From an uncultured Methanoregulaceae archaeon (lineage in GTDB: Archaea > Halobacteriota > Methanomicrobia > Methanomicrobiales > Methanospirillaceae), in assembly GCA_963717525.1 (NCBI GenBank), contig OY970343.1:768001-832000 (forward strand): a stretch of 64,000 nucleotides of DNA, written 5' to 3'. How positions within the stretch are numbered: the first letter of the stretch is position 1; the number at the start of each line of letters is the position of its first letter. This document shows, piece after piece, positions 1 through 11,087 of the stretch. A program made the translations under genes and the position numbers. Below the pieces are notes generated by a model. It ran no database searches and had not been told where the DNA came from. It worked only from the letters and a program-made list of their open reading frames with translations.

Positions 1-1058
1 CACCCATTTACCGGAAATGTATGCCGGTTGACCTGCCTCCTGCTGCTTGTCTGTGCATTGTATATGCCGTGCGCAGCAGCGATCACCCTCTCGCCCGGAA
101 GTTCCGGGTCGATTGCCACCATCGCGCAGGGAGACCCGGTCACGATCAGCGGCATCGCCACCGGCCACCCGCAGGTAGGGCTCCAGATATGGTTCATCGG
201 GTACAATTTTGCCAAAGTTACCACCGTGCAGGTCAACAACGACAACACCTACGAGTACGATTCAGGGGTACCGATACTGCCAACCTTGCGCCCGGACAGT
301 ACTTTGTCCTTGTCCAGCACCCTATGATGAACGGTCAGTTCGATATCGTTTATGACGCTTCGTCCGGTACCGTCAAAAATGTCCAGACCGGGAAAAGTAT
401 CTACCAGTTCACCGGCAGCGGCAGCCTCCAGAGTACGGATTCCATTACCGCGCTGATGAGCGCGATCGGGAGCCAGAACATCGATGACACCTTTGCCATG
501 GTTACGTTCTTTGTCAGCACGCCGACTGTGGCGGTCAACTCGATCGGCGACATCCCGCAGGGAGAGAACTTTAACCTGAACGGGACGACAAGCCTTGCCG
601 CGGGAGACAACCTGATGGTCGATATCACGTCGTCTTCATTTTCCCCGACCTCAAAGAGTACATCTTACGGTTTCTCCGGTGCCGGGGGCATGGTCACGGT
701 GATGCCCGGTAGTGCCGGCCAGAACACCTGGTCGTTTACCGTGGATACATCCACGTTTACTCCCGATGAGTACCTGATAATGGTCAGTGCGGTCACCCAG
801 AGCGCAACCGCCTCCGGAAAGTTCACGGTGGTCCCGGCCTCATCCTGCAGCAGCTCCGGGGAGACCTGTCCGATCCCCGGCCTTGCCTCCTCCAATGCAA
901 CATCTGCCGGGACAACGGCCGCAGTTTCCGGTAACAGCACCCCGGCGGTACCGACCACAACCGTGATCCCCGCCACTACTACGCAGAGCGCCCCGGTGCC
1001 TGCAGTGGTATGCCTGGGTGGTATCGCAGCGTTTCTTCTGATCCGCAAAAGTACCTGA
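1..1058 (+). CDS. Secreted/cell-surface protein with archaeosortase-type C-terminal anchor (5' end outside window; one frameshift near 285)
   Basis: Signal peptide (CLLLLVCALYMPCAAA) in frame 28..327 continues in frame 21..1058; Thr-rich linker then APVPAVVCLGGIAAFLLIRKST. Confidence 0.75.
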   Translation, partial: PIYRKCMPVDLPPAACLCIVYAVRSSDHPLARKFRVDCHHRAGRPGHDQRHRHRPPAGRAPDMVHRVQFCQSYHRAGQQRQHLRVRFRGTDTANLAPGQYFVLVQHPMMNGQFDIVYDASSGTVKNVQTGKSIYQFTGSGSLQSTDSITALMSAIGSQNIDDTFAMVTFFVSTPTVAVNSIGDIPQGENFNLNGTTSLAAGDNLMVDITSSSFSPTSKSTSYGFSGAGGMVTVMPGSAGQNTWSFTVDTSTFTPDEYLIMVSAVTQSATASGKFTVVPASSCSSSGETCPIPGLASSNATSAGTTAAVSGNSTPAVPTTTVIPATTTQSAPVPAVVCLGGIAAFLLIRKST

Positions 1059-1069
1059 AAATTTCTTTT

Positions 1070-2501
1070 TTACCAGCCCAGAAACAGCGTTTTTGTCTGT
1101 GTGTAACTGTCCAGCGCGTGAAAACCGTTCTCCCTGCCGATCCCGCTCTCGTTTGTCCCGCCGAACGGAACCTCGGGGGGCACGGTAAGGTGGCGGTTCA
1201 CCCAGATGATCCCGGCATGCACGTTTTGGAACACCTCTTTTACCGTCGGGAGATCCCGGGTCCAGACCGATGCGCCAAGGCCGTACTGCGACCTGTTCGC
1301 TTCACGGATGGCTGTGCCGAGATCAGGGACGGTCATCACCGGTAGGTACAGGCCCGAAGATCTCGTCCCTGAGCACCGCGGCATCGGGAGGCACATCCGC
1401 GATCAGGGTCGGGCGGTAGAAGAAGCCGTTTTCGTATTCTTTCCCGGTCACCGGGGAGCCACCGGTCAGGATCTTCCCTTCCGCCCGGTTGGTAGCCTCC
1501 TGCACAACATTTGAGATCCGGTCCATCTGGGCGGCATTGTTGAGCGGGCCCATTTCCGTTCCCGCCAGGAGGCCGTTTCCGATCTTAATGCTTTCCACCC
1601 GGGTCGTGAGCAGGTGCATGAACTCCCCGGCTATCTTCTCGTGCAGGTACAGCCTTTTCACCGCTGTACAGATCTGGCCGGCGTTGTAGAACCGCCCGCG
1701 GAGTGCCCCTTCAACTGCTCGTGGGATATCAGCATCGGCCATGACGATCATCGGGTCGGAGCCTCCCAGCTCCAGCGTGAGTGCCTTAAGATGATCGCCG
1801 GCGAGCGCGCGTATCCGGTGGCCGGTCGCACAGTTCCCGGTAAAGGAGATCTTCTTTATTTTCGCGTGACGTACCAGCGCCTCTCCAACCATCTCTCCCG
1901 TCCCGGTCACGACATTGAGCACGCCGGCTGGCAGACCGGCTTCCTGCAACAGTCCGGCTATTTTGAGGTTCGTGAGCGGTGTCGTGGACGCCGGCTTGAG
2001 GACAAGGCTGTTGCCCGCAAGCAGTGCCGGCCCCACCTTCCAGCCCATAATGAGCACCGGCATATTCCAGGGAATGATCGCGCCGCAGACACCGAGTGGA
2101 ACCCTGGTCACCAGGCAGTCCCCGGCCTTACCGAGATTTACTGTCTCACCGGCAGGTTGCCCGGCGATGGAGGCATAGTATTCGAGGATGTTTGCGCACC
2201 CCCTCACCTCGTCTATGGATTCGTGGAGTGGTTTTCCCTGCTCCCGGGTCAGGAGCTCTGCCAGCTGCTTATGGTCCCGGCGAACCATCTCCGCGGCGCG
2301 GGCGAGAAGGAGCCCGCGGTCCCGCATGGTCTTTTCCGACCACGCACCAAACGCCGCATCCGCCGCTTCGACTGCCGCATCCACATCGTCCCGGGACCCC
2401 CGGGGGACACGGTCAACAGATTCGCCGGTTGCCGGGTTCTTTACATCGATCCATGTTGCATTGGCAGCAGGAGCCGCCTTCCCGTTGATGAGCATCTCCA
2501 T
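1070..2501 (-). CDS. NAD(P)-dependent aldehyde dehydrogenase (frameshift near 1345)
   Basis: IIPWN, LELGG, catalytic GQICTA, EIFGPV; C-terminal PFGG in ORF 1070..1396. Confidence 0.92.
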
Positions 2502-2588
2502 AGAAACGATCCCCTGTTTTCTTTGTATCCACCCTATGCAGGAACTGTCCGCAAGCAGTCTATAAAATGGCAGCGGTAATCCTGCCTT

Positions 2589-4488
2589 TCACCGGTTGCA
2601 GGACGAGGGCGTGCCGGGTTCAATGGTGTCGGACGAAAGGTTCCGTATCCTGCCGGTCAGGGCGGTGCTGTAGGCCCCTGACCGGTCGAGATGAACCTTA
2701 AACGCCGGGCTTTGTACGAGCTCGATGAGGGTGACAATCCGGGGATCGGACAGCATCTCCCGGCGCATCACCAGTTCGTACTGTTCCTGTGCAACCGGTA
2801 AAAACAGCAGACCGTGGGAGGTGGCAAGCCCTTCGGAGCAGATCCCTGCATCGGCTTGCCCGGCCCTGACTGCGGCAGCAACGGCCCCGGGGGTAGCCGC
2901 CTCATTCTCATAGCCCCGTATCCGGGACGGCGGAAGGTGGTGCGATGCGAGTAGGGCATCGAAGAGAAGCCGGGTCGGGGTGTCACGGCGCGAGTTGACC
3001 CAGCAGACAGCATCAAGTGCGTCGGGCCGGATCTCTTTTGCCGAGACGATGCCCTGTTCCTGGGTCGCGATATTGACAAAGACAAGGTCCATCGACTCCA
3101 GGTACGGCACCAGCGTCTTGCATTCCCGTATGATGGAGAACGCCGGCAGGCTCATCGGCGCAGCATGGCATGAGTTCCTCTTCAGAGGCTAAAATGGCAC
3201 TCGTGTTGCCGGCGCTTGCCGTGTGGATGAAGAGGCCCTGGTCGTGGGCAAGATTTCCCAGCTCTTCGAGAACCGGGTCAATCGCACCTGAAAAAATGAG
3301 GGTCCGCTCGATGTTCGCCGGATCGGTCGTGAGAAAAACATCCAACTCGTGCTCCGCATCGTACCCTTCCACCCGGGCCGGGATGTGCGTGTAGCCGTTT
3401 GACCTGACGGTTGCCATCTGAACTACCGCGCCCCGCGAACGGGCGATCCCCCAGTACTTGTCGTTGATCCTCCCGACCGAGACAGGGATAAACTCGTCAA
3501 AGCCGATATCTGATGAGAGCGGGGTCGCAAGCCGTGCCCGGACAGAGTAATTTGGGAACGGGGCAAGTCCCCAGTATTCGAGGAGCGGGACGGCAAATTC
3601 GCGAAGCACGGTCTGGGCCGCTAGCGGGTAGCCGGGGAGGCCGATGACCGGCGTCCCGTGGATTTTCCCCAGCATCATCGGCTTGCCCGGCTTGACGGCG
3701 ACGCCGTGGAAGATCAGCTCACCGATCGCCGAGATCGCCCCCGCGGTAAAATCCCGGGTCCCGGCAGAGGACCCGGCCGAGATGATGACGAGATCGTTTG
3801 TCTCTGCGGCATGGCCAAGCGCTTCTTCGATAAGCACGGGGTCGTCCCGGACGATCGGCAGGCGCATGCACGTGGCTCCCATCGATTCGAGGAGCACCTG
3901 CGTCATGAGGGTATTGCTCTCCACAACCTGCCCGGGCTGCGGCCGGACACCAAGAGGGACGAGTTCGCTCCCGGTAGGGATGATACCAACCTGTGCTGAG
4001 GTCACTTCAATGTCGGCGATCCCGTAGGTCGCAAGGGCCCCGATATCAAAGGCCCGTATCACATGTCCCTTGGGTAAGACGAGCCTGCCCTCCCGGATAT
4101 CCTCCCCGGCAGGACGCACGTGCTGCCACGGGGCGGCGCTTTTCCGGATCTGGAACCTCCCCCCGGTTTCCCACGTGTCCTCGATCATGATCACGGCATC
4201 GAATTCAGGGGGGAGGATGTTGCCGGTATTGACCCGGGCAACATCATCGAGGGTCACCGGGCACTGGTCGGATGCCCCGAGCGTATCGCGGCTCTTTACG
4301 GCAATGCCGTCCATGGCCGCGAGGTTAACCTCGGGCACCGAATACCGGGCATAGACCGGGGTGGCAATCACTCGTCCGAGCGCCCGGGTGACCGGGACTG
4401 TTTCCGTGCGCCCGGGAATATCAAACGAACTTTTGAGAAGACCCAGCGCCTCATCAAAGGAGACAAGCGAGAGGTAGCGTTTTACCAT
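2589..4488 (-). CDS. moeA: Molybdopterin molybdotransferase MoeA fused to PBP domain (frameshift near 3185)
   Basis: AAMDGIAV, IPTGSEL, KPGKP, GLPGYP; PBP domain in ORF 2589..3155. Confidence 0.9.
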
Positions 4489-4585
4489 GCTGTATCACCG
4501 GTGTGGTTCTTTCCATAAGAGGCGGGTGAAAAAAGAATATTTCGGAGCATCTCTGGTGATCCCTGTCGCCGTTTGGCCAGTTCAG

Positions 4586-4640
4586 TACCCTATCCCGGTG
4601 ATCCACAATAAAGAATTCGGTACTGTACCGGGATAGGGTA
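4586..4640. repeat. Perfect 14-bp inverted repeat in divergent intergenic region
   Basis: TACCCTATCCCGGT (4586-4599) ... ACCGGGATAGGGTA (4627-4640). Confidence 0.8.
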
Positions 4641-4830
4641 AGAATACTGAGACAGACGGGTTCCAGCAGATTCCGGGTGGACGTTTTCCAACAGCTGCAC
4701 GTCAGACCTGCAACAATTTATCAGGATCCCTCCCGTCAAATCTCCTTGCACCCTCTTTTGGTGAGTATGGATAGTGAGGAGGACAAACTATAAGAGTAGG
4801 ATTTTCACATCACTGGATAATAGGTGTGGC

Positions 4831-5235
4831 ATGGAAGGCACAATGACCCCGGATCCGCTTCCTGATGCGTCCGATCTCACGTGGGAGGCTCTCGTGGAGA
4901 AAGAGAAGAAACCCGTTGCAGTCATGTTCTACAGCCCGACCTGCCCGTTCTGCCACCAGATAGAGCCCTACTTCAGGAACTATGCAGCAGAATACCGGGA
5001 GACCGTTACTTTTGTCCGGCTCAATATTATTATCAACCCGTGGACGGCCGAGCGGTACGGGGTGCGGAGCACGCCGACCTTCAAGTTCTTCTGTGATGGT
5101 AAGCCGGTGCAGGAGATGGTGGGTGCGGTGTACCCTGCCCTGCTCAAGAAGATGATCGACGAGGTGCTCCTGCACGGGAAAGAGTGTGCGAAGAATTCAA
5201 CCGCGATCGATTACGAGATCACCGGCTATGGCTGA
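4831..5235 (+). CDS. Thioredoxin family protein (CPFC)
   Basis: FYSPTCPFC active site, YGVRSTPT cis-Pro loop; start 4831 or 4843. Confidence 0.9.
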   Translation: MEGTMTPDPLPDASDLTWEALVEKEKKPVAVMFYSPTCPFCHQIEPYFRNYAAEYRETVTFVRLNIIINPWTAERYGVRSTPTFKFFCDGKPVQEMVGAVYPALLKKMIDEVLLHGKECAKNSTAIDYEITGYG

Positions 5236-5268
5236 AGCCCGGTAAAAATATCTTTTAAAAAACTGCGA

Positions 5269-6483
5269 TCAGATGGTTCTCCGGCACCCGGAGGACTCTG
5301 CCGCTTGTGCGACTGCCTGTGCCACCGCCCGGGTTACACTCTTGTCAAGGATGCTGGGGAGAATATGTCCCCGGTGCGGTTTTTGGACACATCCGGCGAT
5401 AGCGTGGGCGGCAGCTACCTTCATCTCGTCGGAGATTCGGGTGGCACAGGCATCGAGCGCCCCGCGGAAGATGCCCGGGAAGGCGAGCACATTGTTGATC
5501 TGGTTCGGGAAATCACTCCGGCCGGTGCCGACCACGGCTGCCCCTGCCTCTGTTGCTGCGTCCGGCCAGATCTCCGGCACCGGGTTTGCCATCGCAAAGA
5601 CAATCGGGTTCCTGTTCATCGATCGGATCATCCTCTGCGTAATAATCCCGGGAGCCGAGACGCCGATAACCGCGTCCGCTCCTTCCATAGCATCTGTAAG
5701 CGAGCCCGTCCTGCCTGCATGGTTGGTCTCCTCGCTCAAAATGAACTTGTACTTGTTCTTGTAAAGTCCCTCACGCCGGCGGTGGATGATACCCTGTGTG
5801 TCGCAGACCGTGATCTCGCGGACTGTGGTGCAGACGAGCGGGTCGTAGCCGATGCACTTGAGGAGCCGGGTGATGGAGTAGCCTGCCGCCCCTGCGCCGC
5901 AGACCACGATATTGAGATCCTCAAACGTCCTCCCGGTGACTCGGCAGGCATTCAGGAGCGCCGCGAGTACGACCACCGCGGTGCCGTGCTGGTCGTCATG
6001 CATGACCGGTATCCCGATATCCTGCAGGGCGTCTTCGACTTCGAAGCATTTCGGGGCGGCGATGTCTTCGAGATTGATCCCGCCAAAGACCGGTGCGATG
6101 TTTTTTACCTGGTCGACAAAATCGGTCTCATAATTCTCAAAGCAGATGGGAAACGCGTCGATGCCAGCGAACTCCTTGAAGAGAATTGCCTTCCCCTCCA
6201 TCACCGGAATGGCAGCATACCCGCCGATATTCCCGAGTCCGAGGACCGCCGATCCGTCCGTCACGATTGCAATGGTATTTGCCTTGAGTGTATAGCGGTA
6301 CGCAAGGTTCCTGTCCTGCCCGATCCGGCGACAGACCTCGGCAACGCCCGGGGTATAGGCACGGGAGAGGTCGTACCGGTTCCGGAGCGGGACCTTGGAC
6401 CGGATCTCCAGTTTCCCGTGATACCGTGCGTGGAGTGCGAGGGATTCCCGGTAGATCTCATCGCGGTCGGCGGTACCCGGCAT
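5269..6483 (-). CDS. NAD(P)-dependent malic enzyme
   Basis: AYTPGVA, PVMEGKA, INLEDI, HDDQHGT, GAGAAG, FAMANPVPEI, NNVLAFPG. Confidence 0.95.
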   Translation of the reverse strand: MPGTADRDEIYRESLALHARYHGKLEIRSKVPLRNRYDLSRAYTPGVAEVCRRIGQDRNLAYRYTLKANTIAIVTDGSAVLGLGNIGGYAAIPVMEGKAILFKEFAGIDAFPICFENYETDFVDQVKNIAPVFGGINLEDIAAPKCFEVEDALQDIGIPVMHDDQHGTAVVVLAALLNACRVTGRTFEDLNIVVCGAGAAGYSITRLLKCIGYDPLVCTTVREITVCDTQGIIHRRREGLYKNKYKFILSEETNHAGRTGSLTDAMEGADAVIGVSAPGIITQRMIRSMNRNPIVFAMANPVPEIWPDAATEAGAAVVGTGRSDFPNQINNVLAFPGIFRGALDACATRISDEMKVAAAHAIAGCVQKPHRGHILPSILDKSVTRAVAQAVAQAAESSGCRRTI

Positions 6484-6775
6484 TTTGTTCCTTCCTGTAC
6501 GAAAAGAGCGTAGCGAAACGTAATGAACCTTCTGAACCGGATATGATGGCTCCCTGCTTTACCCAGAGGGATGTTTCTGATGGAAAAACAGGTTGTCCCT
6601 CATCCGGATGGTTCATTGGGCACCGCACAATGATAATGGTGGTGGATCCTAGGCATTTTTCAGGAAAAAGGGATCGGTTTTTGCCCGGTACAGATCCCTC
6701 TTTATTTTCGGTCATAACCGCGTTCCGATGCCTTATGAGATTCAGGGTGACACAAACAGGACCAGATAAAAGGAG

Positions 6776-6847
6776 CGCCTCGGCCGGGATTCGAACCCGG
6801 GTCAAAAGCTCCGGAGGCTTCTAGGATGTCCACTACCCTACCGAGGC
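6776..6847 (-). tRNA. tRNA-Arg(CCG)
   Basis: Reverse complement GCCTCGG...GAAGC-CT-CCG-GA-GCTTT...GGTTCGAATCCC...CCGAGGCG folds as a cloverleaf. Confidence 0.95.
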
Positions 6848-6904
6848 TGATTTTACCTTACTTAATCTTGTGTGCTTCCATATAAATGCAAAGGATTGCC
6901 GGGA

Positions 6905-7934
6905 TCACAGGTTTTTTACCTGGTAGAGGTGCCAGATCTTGCAGGCGCCCTCGTGACTGACCATGCAGGGCCCGACCGGGGTCCGGGGAGTGCAGACCTT
7001 CCCGAAAAGCTTACAGTCTGTTGGCTGAGCAATACCCCGCAGGACCCGGTCACAGATGCAGGCCGAGTGCTTGCTCACTCTCCGGTACACAATGTCGAAC
7101 TTCTTCTGGGCGTCGTACTGCTCAAACTCCTTTTTGAGCCTGAGCCCGGACTGCGGGATGACCGGGAATCCCCGCCACTCTACGTCGGAGGGCTCGAAGA
7201 CTTCGTACATGATCTTCTTTGCCTTGAGGTTTCCTTCCCTGGAGACCGCACGCGGGTACGCGTTGTCCACCCGGTGCTTGCCCTCGCGGATCTGTTCGAC
7301 AAGCATGACCAGGCCAAGCAGGATATCCTCGGCTTCGAAGCCGGCGACGACCTGCGGGACCGGGAACTGCTCGGTACTCCTCGTAGCCCATTATCGTGCA
7401 GACATGGCCCGGAAGGACAAAGCCGTCAAGTTTTGCCTCGCCCTGCTCAAGCAACCATTTCATCGCCGGGGGAACTACCCGGTGGCAGGAGAGGATCGAG
7501 AAGTTCCCCGGGGGCCTGCCAAGAATGGAGGCGGCGGCGGTCGGGGCGGTGGTCTCGAAACCGACCGAGATAAAGACAACCTCCTTATTGGTCTTTGTGG
7601 CGATCTCGACGGCCTTGTGGATCCCCTGCACGATCCGCACGTCACCGCCGCAGGACTCTAAAGACCCTTTCGAGCCGGGCACCCGGAGTAGGTCGCCGTA
7701 GGTCGCGATGATGCAGTCCTTTTCCACGAGGTCGAGCGCAGCATCGATCTCGCCCTGCGGCGTGATGCAGACCGGGCAGCCGGGTCCCATGACGATCTTC
7801 AGCTGCGGCGGCAGGATGCTGCGCAGGCCTGTGCGGGCAATGGCCGCCTCGTGGGTACCGCAGATGTGCATGAAGGTCATATCCCGGTCCATCAGCCCGC
7901 GGAGTGTTGCTGCTATCTCGTTTTCCGTCGCCAT
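6905..7934 (-). CDS. hypD: Hydrogenase maturation protein HypD (frameshift near 7365)
   Basis: CGTH, GPGCPVC, GFETT, PGHV; C-terminal C-x-C...GPCMVSHEGAC. Confidence 0.95.
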
Positions 7935-7979
7935 GCTATCTCATACTTATTTAGAACCCTGCAACATAAGTATACGTAT

Positions 7980-9011
7980 ATGAGTGACAACCTGCTCTTC
8001 GCCGTTGCAACCATCATTGCCGGTCTTGCCGTCGCGGGAATCGCGCGTATGGTCGTGCGGTGGCTGGAGAAGTTTGCCGAGACCACCGAGACAAAATGGG
8101 ACGACATCATCGTCGCCGCGATCGGTACGCCGGTGCAGGTCGGTATTGTCGCCATCTCAATCTACATCGCCCTTAAGGATTTCGACATCATCCCGGCGCA
8201 GTACGCCTGGGTTCTTTCGGACAAGGTGCTCAATTCGATCTATATCCTGCTTGGGACGTGGATCGCGTCCTCCCTCCTTCATGACATCATCCGTATCTAC
8301 GGGCGGGAACTGGCCGAAATGACCGAAGGAGATACCGATGACCGTATTATCGATCTTCTTGAACTTGCTGTGCGCTACGTGGTCTGGTTTGCCGGGATCA
8401 TGCTGGTCTTTGTCAACCTCGAGATCAACATTACTCCCTTCCTCGCCGGTGCAGGTATCGCCGGCCTCGCCCTTGCCCTCGCTGCCCAGGACCTGATCTC
8501 CAACTTCTTCGGCGGCGCGATCATCACGGTCGACAAGCCGTTCAAGATCGGCGACCGTATTGAGGTTGACACCTACTACGGGGATGTCATGAGCATCGGG
8601 ACGCGAAGCACGAGAATCAAAACGATCGATGGGAAGATCGTAATCCTCCCCAACAGCAAGATCACCTCGAACAGCGTGGTGAACTTCTCGGAACCCGACC
8701 CGAGGGTCCGGTATACCGTCCCTGTTACCGTTGCGTACGGGAGCGATTTCGTCCGGGTCAGGCAGGTGCTCGCCGAAGTCGTGCAGGATGCCATCAAAAA
8801 CACGGAATATTTTGCTGCCGAGCCGGCGCCGAAGATCTTCTTCCAGGAGTTCGGGGAGTCGAGCCTTAAATTTGTAATCCACGTCTGGGCAAAGGCATAC
8901 AATATCCCGGATGAGGTCAAGGATGCCATCAATGTCCGGATAGCGGCACGGTTTGCTGCGGAGGGTATCGAGATCCCGTTCCCGCAGCTCGATGTCCATA
9001 TGAGAAAATAA
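7980..9011 (+). CDS. mscS: Small-conductance mechanosensitive channel (MscS family)
   Basis: N-terminal TMs, GAGIAGLALALAAQD, KPFKIGD, IEIPFPQ. Confidence 0.93.
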   Translation: MSDNLLFAVATIIAGLAVAGIARMVVRWLEKFAETTETKWDDIIVAAIGTPVQVGIVAISIYIALKDFDIIPAQYAWVLSDKVLNSIYILLGTWIASSLLHDIIRIYGRELAEMTEGDTDDRIIDLLELAVRYVVWFAGIMLVFVNLEINITPFLAGAGIAGLALALAAQDLISNFFGGAIITVDKPFKIGDRIEVDTYYGDVMSIGTRSTRIKTIDGKIVILPNSKITSNSVVNFSEPDPRVRYTVPVTVAYGSDFVRVRQVLAEVVQDAIKNTEYFAAEPAPKIFFQEFGESSLKFVIHVWAKAYNIPDEVKDAINVRIAARFAAEGIEIPFPQLDVHMRK

Positions 9012-9029
9012 TCTTTTTTGGGATTTGTG

Positions 9030-9190
9030 TGGGACCGGGAAACCGGTCCCATAGTATGAATAATTAAAAAAAAGAGAATTACGATGCTTCCCCGCCTCAG
9101 GGCCCCTCCGGGGCACGGCGGGGCAAGTGAATAACAACACATGTTCACGGACTTTGATCCGCCGCGGGGGCGCCCCTTCCGGGGCGGCGG
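9030..9190. repeat. Cluster of three GC-rich hairpins (REP-like or ncRNA)
   Basis: TGGGACCGG-GAAA-CCGGTCCCA; CCCCGCC...GGCGGGG; CCGCCGC...GCGGCGG containing GGGGCGCCCCTTC. Confidence 0.6.
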
Positions 9191-9332
9191 TCCCCACCGT
9201 ACCTGTTAGTATATGGGATGCAACTCTCTTGGTCGTTGAAAGATTTTTGTGAGAAAATTTACGTTTCTGCGTCCCCTCTCCCAACACCGGATCAGCACGT
9301 TTATGGGTATCCTCCCCTCCATTCTCATTTTG

Positions 9333-10046
9333 ATGCTGGGCATTTCTACCCTCTGCCTCCACCACGAACCACTCCCGCTTGCACTGGAAAGAATTACCGA
9401 GGTCACCGGATCAATTGAGGTGATGGACGAAGGGCTTCATTTCCTGAAAAACGCCGAACCGCTCCTCTCCCACTCCTGCATCTTCTCGATCCACGCGCCC
9501 TGCCGGGGGACCAACCTTGCAAGCCTGCTGGAGCCGATCCGCCGGGCAAGCGTTGTCGTGATGGAGGAATGCTTTGCGATCGCCGCGGAAGTGGACGCAG
9601 CGATCGTGGTGCATCCCGGCTATTTCGCGTGGCCCGAAGAAAGGGTACAGGCAGAGCAGCAGCTTGAGCGGTCGCTTGCGGAACTCTCCACTGCCGCACG
9701 GGAATACGGGGTTTCATACTCGGTCGAAAACATGGGCAACTGGGAGTATTTCTTCTTAAAGACCCCGGAAGAGCTCCCGCTGATTGGTGGCTGCGGCTTC
9801 ACTCTTGATGTAGGGCATGCGCACCAGAATCACTGCCTTGGATCATTCCTCACCTGCCCGGCTCAGCACTACCACCTCCACGACAATGATTCCACGACCG
9901 ACTCGCATCTGGCGGTGGGGAAGGGCACGATTGATTTTACGGTTGTAATGGCGGCGGTGAAGAAAGGTGGCGGCTCCCCGGTAATTGAGGTCGCGGATTT
10001 CGATGGCGCTATCAAAAGCCTACACGTGCTGGAAAAGATGCTGTAA
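9333..10046 (+). CDS. Sugar phosphate isomerase/epimerase (AP endonuclease 2 TIM barrel) family protein
   Basis: IHAP, VVHPG, VENM, LDVGHA, HLHDN..DSHL, G.GTIDF. Confidence 0.88.
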   Translation: MLGISTLCLHHEPLPLALERITEVTGSIEVMDEGLHFLKNAEPLLSHSCIFSIHAPCRGTNLASLLEPIRRASVVVMEECFAIAAEVDAAIVVHPGYFAWPEERVQAEQQLERSLAELSTAAREYGVSYSVENMGNWEYFFLKTPEELPLIGGCGFTLDVGHAHQNHCLGSFLTCPAQHYHLHDNDSTTDSHLAVGKGTIDFTVVMAAVKKGGGSPVIEVADFDGAIKSLHVLEKML

Positions 10047-10158
10047 AGGTGTGCCGGTCTCTGAGAAACGGGCTGGAATCCGGCGGCATTTTTCGCGGGA
10101 AATCCGGAGGTTTCCGCAATATTTTATAAGGTAAACCTACAATGTATCTAGGCAACCT

Positions 10159-10196
10159 GCCTGTATGGCTCAGCCGGTAGTGTTATTCCCTGGTAA
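10159..10196 (+). pseudogene. tRNA-like 5' half (Thr-GGT-like) upstream of tRNA-Thr
   Basis: GCCTGTA-TG-GCTCAGCCGGTAGTG-T-TATTCC-CT-GGT-AA resembles the 5' half of the adjacent tRNA; no T arm follows. Confidence 0.55.
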
Positions 10197-10240
10197 AAAC
10201 CGACTGCTTCCTGACATGTGCACGGTGTAAAGCAGCAAGT

Positions 10241-10314
10241 GCCTAAGTGACTCAGCCCGGCAGAGTACCTCCTTGGTAAGGAGGAAGTCGCGAGTTCAAA
10301 TCTCGCCTTAGGCT
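10241..10314 (+). tRNA. tRNA-Thr(GGT)
   Basis: GCCTAAG...CCTCC-TT-GGT-AA-GGAGG...GCGAG-TTCAAAT-CTCGC-CTTAGGC-T. Confidence 0.95.
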
Positions 10315-10537
10315 TGAATTGAAAAATTCCAGTATTTTGAGTTCTTTTGTTAAACTATCGTTATTTTTTTGTCCGGTTCATATATTTATGAAGTGTAATT
10401 ATGGTTTATCAGGTAAAGGTCAGTCCGGGGCGTATTTTTTCAAGTCTGAATCTCTTTTCAAAAGATTATTCTTTTGAGCAACTACTTTTTTTCAAAAATG
10501 GCAAGCCTCAGTGAGTAATCGGATACAGTGCTCCCGA

Positions 10538-10886
10538 TCAGAAACAGATAAAACAAAATAATGGAGAACTTGAGAGAGAGCAATACATGTCAAAACAGCC
10601 GTATCTTCCGGATAGTGATCGATTAAGCGAAAACTGAAAAATATCCCCTTCAGAACAGCTTATGCGGATCCAGGTAGAAATAAACGGATTCCAATAAGAG
10701 TACGGCTGCAAGACAAAGCAGATCAACACTTACAAGAGATTGAATTCTTAACTGATTGATGGTTATCAGTAATTGCCCTGTTTTTGTAATTTTGAATAAA
10801 CTCAGCCCGGCGGCAAAGCAAAAAAAAGCACCGATATAGCACATCCCGGCCAGGCACTTGTTTATAGTAAATAATTTACCCCGCAT
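10538..10886 (-). pseudogene. Possible disrupted membrane protein gene
   Basis: Two short overlapping hydrophobic ORFs (10650..10886, 10538..10729) in AT-rich DNA. Confidence 0.3.
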
Positions 10887-11087
10887 TATAACTAAACAGT
10901 AAATATAATCATAAATTAATCTTTCCCCTGATTAATGAAAGGAACTTCCCGCAAAAACAAGCCTCAGCCGTGGTAGACTTTTTCCTCCCAATCCTATGAC
11001 GTGACCGGTATTCCCCCCTTTCCGGAGATCTTCGTTTCGGAGAGTCTAAAAAATTGTTGTGGTGCAAAAAGAGAGAAAATCCTGTTT

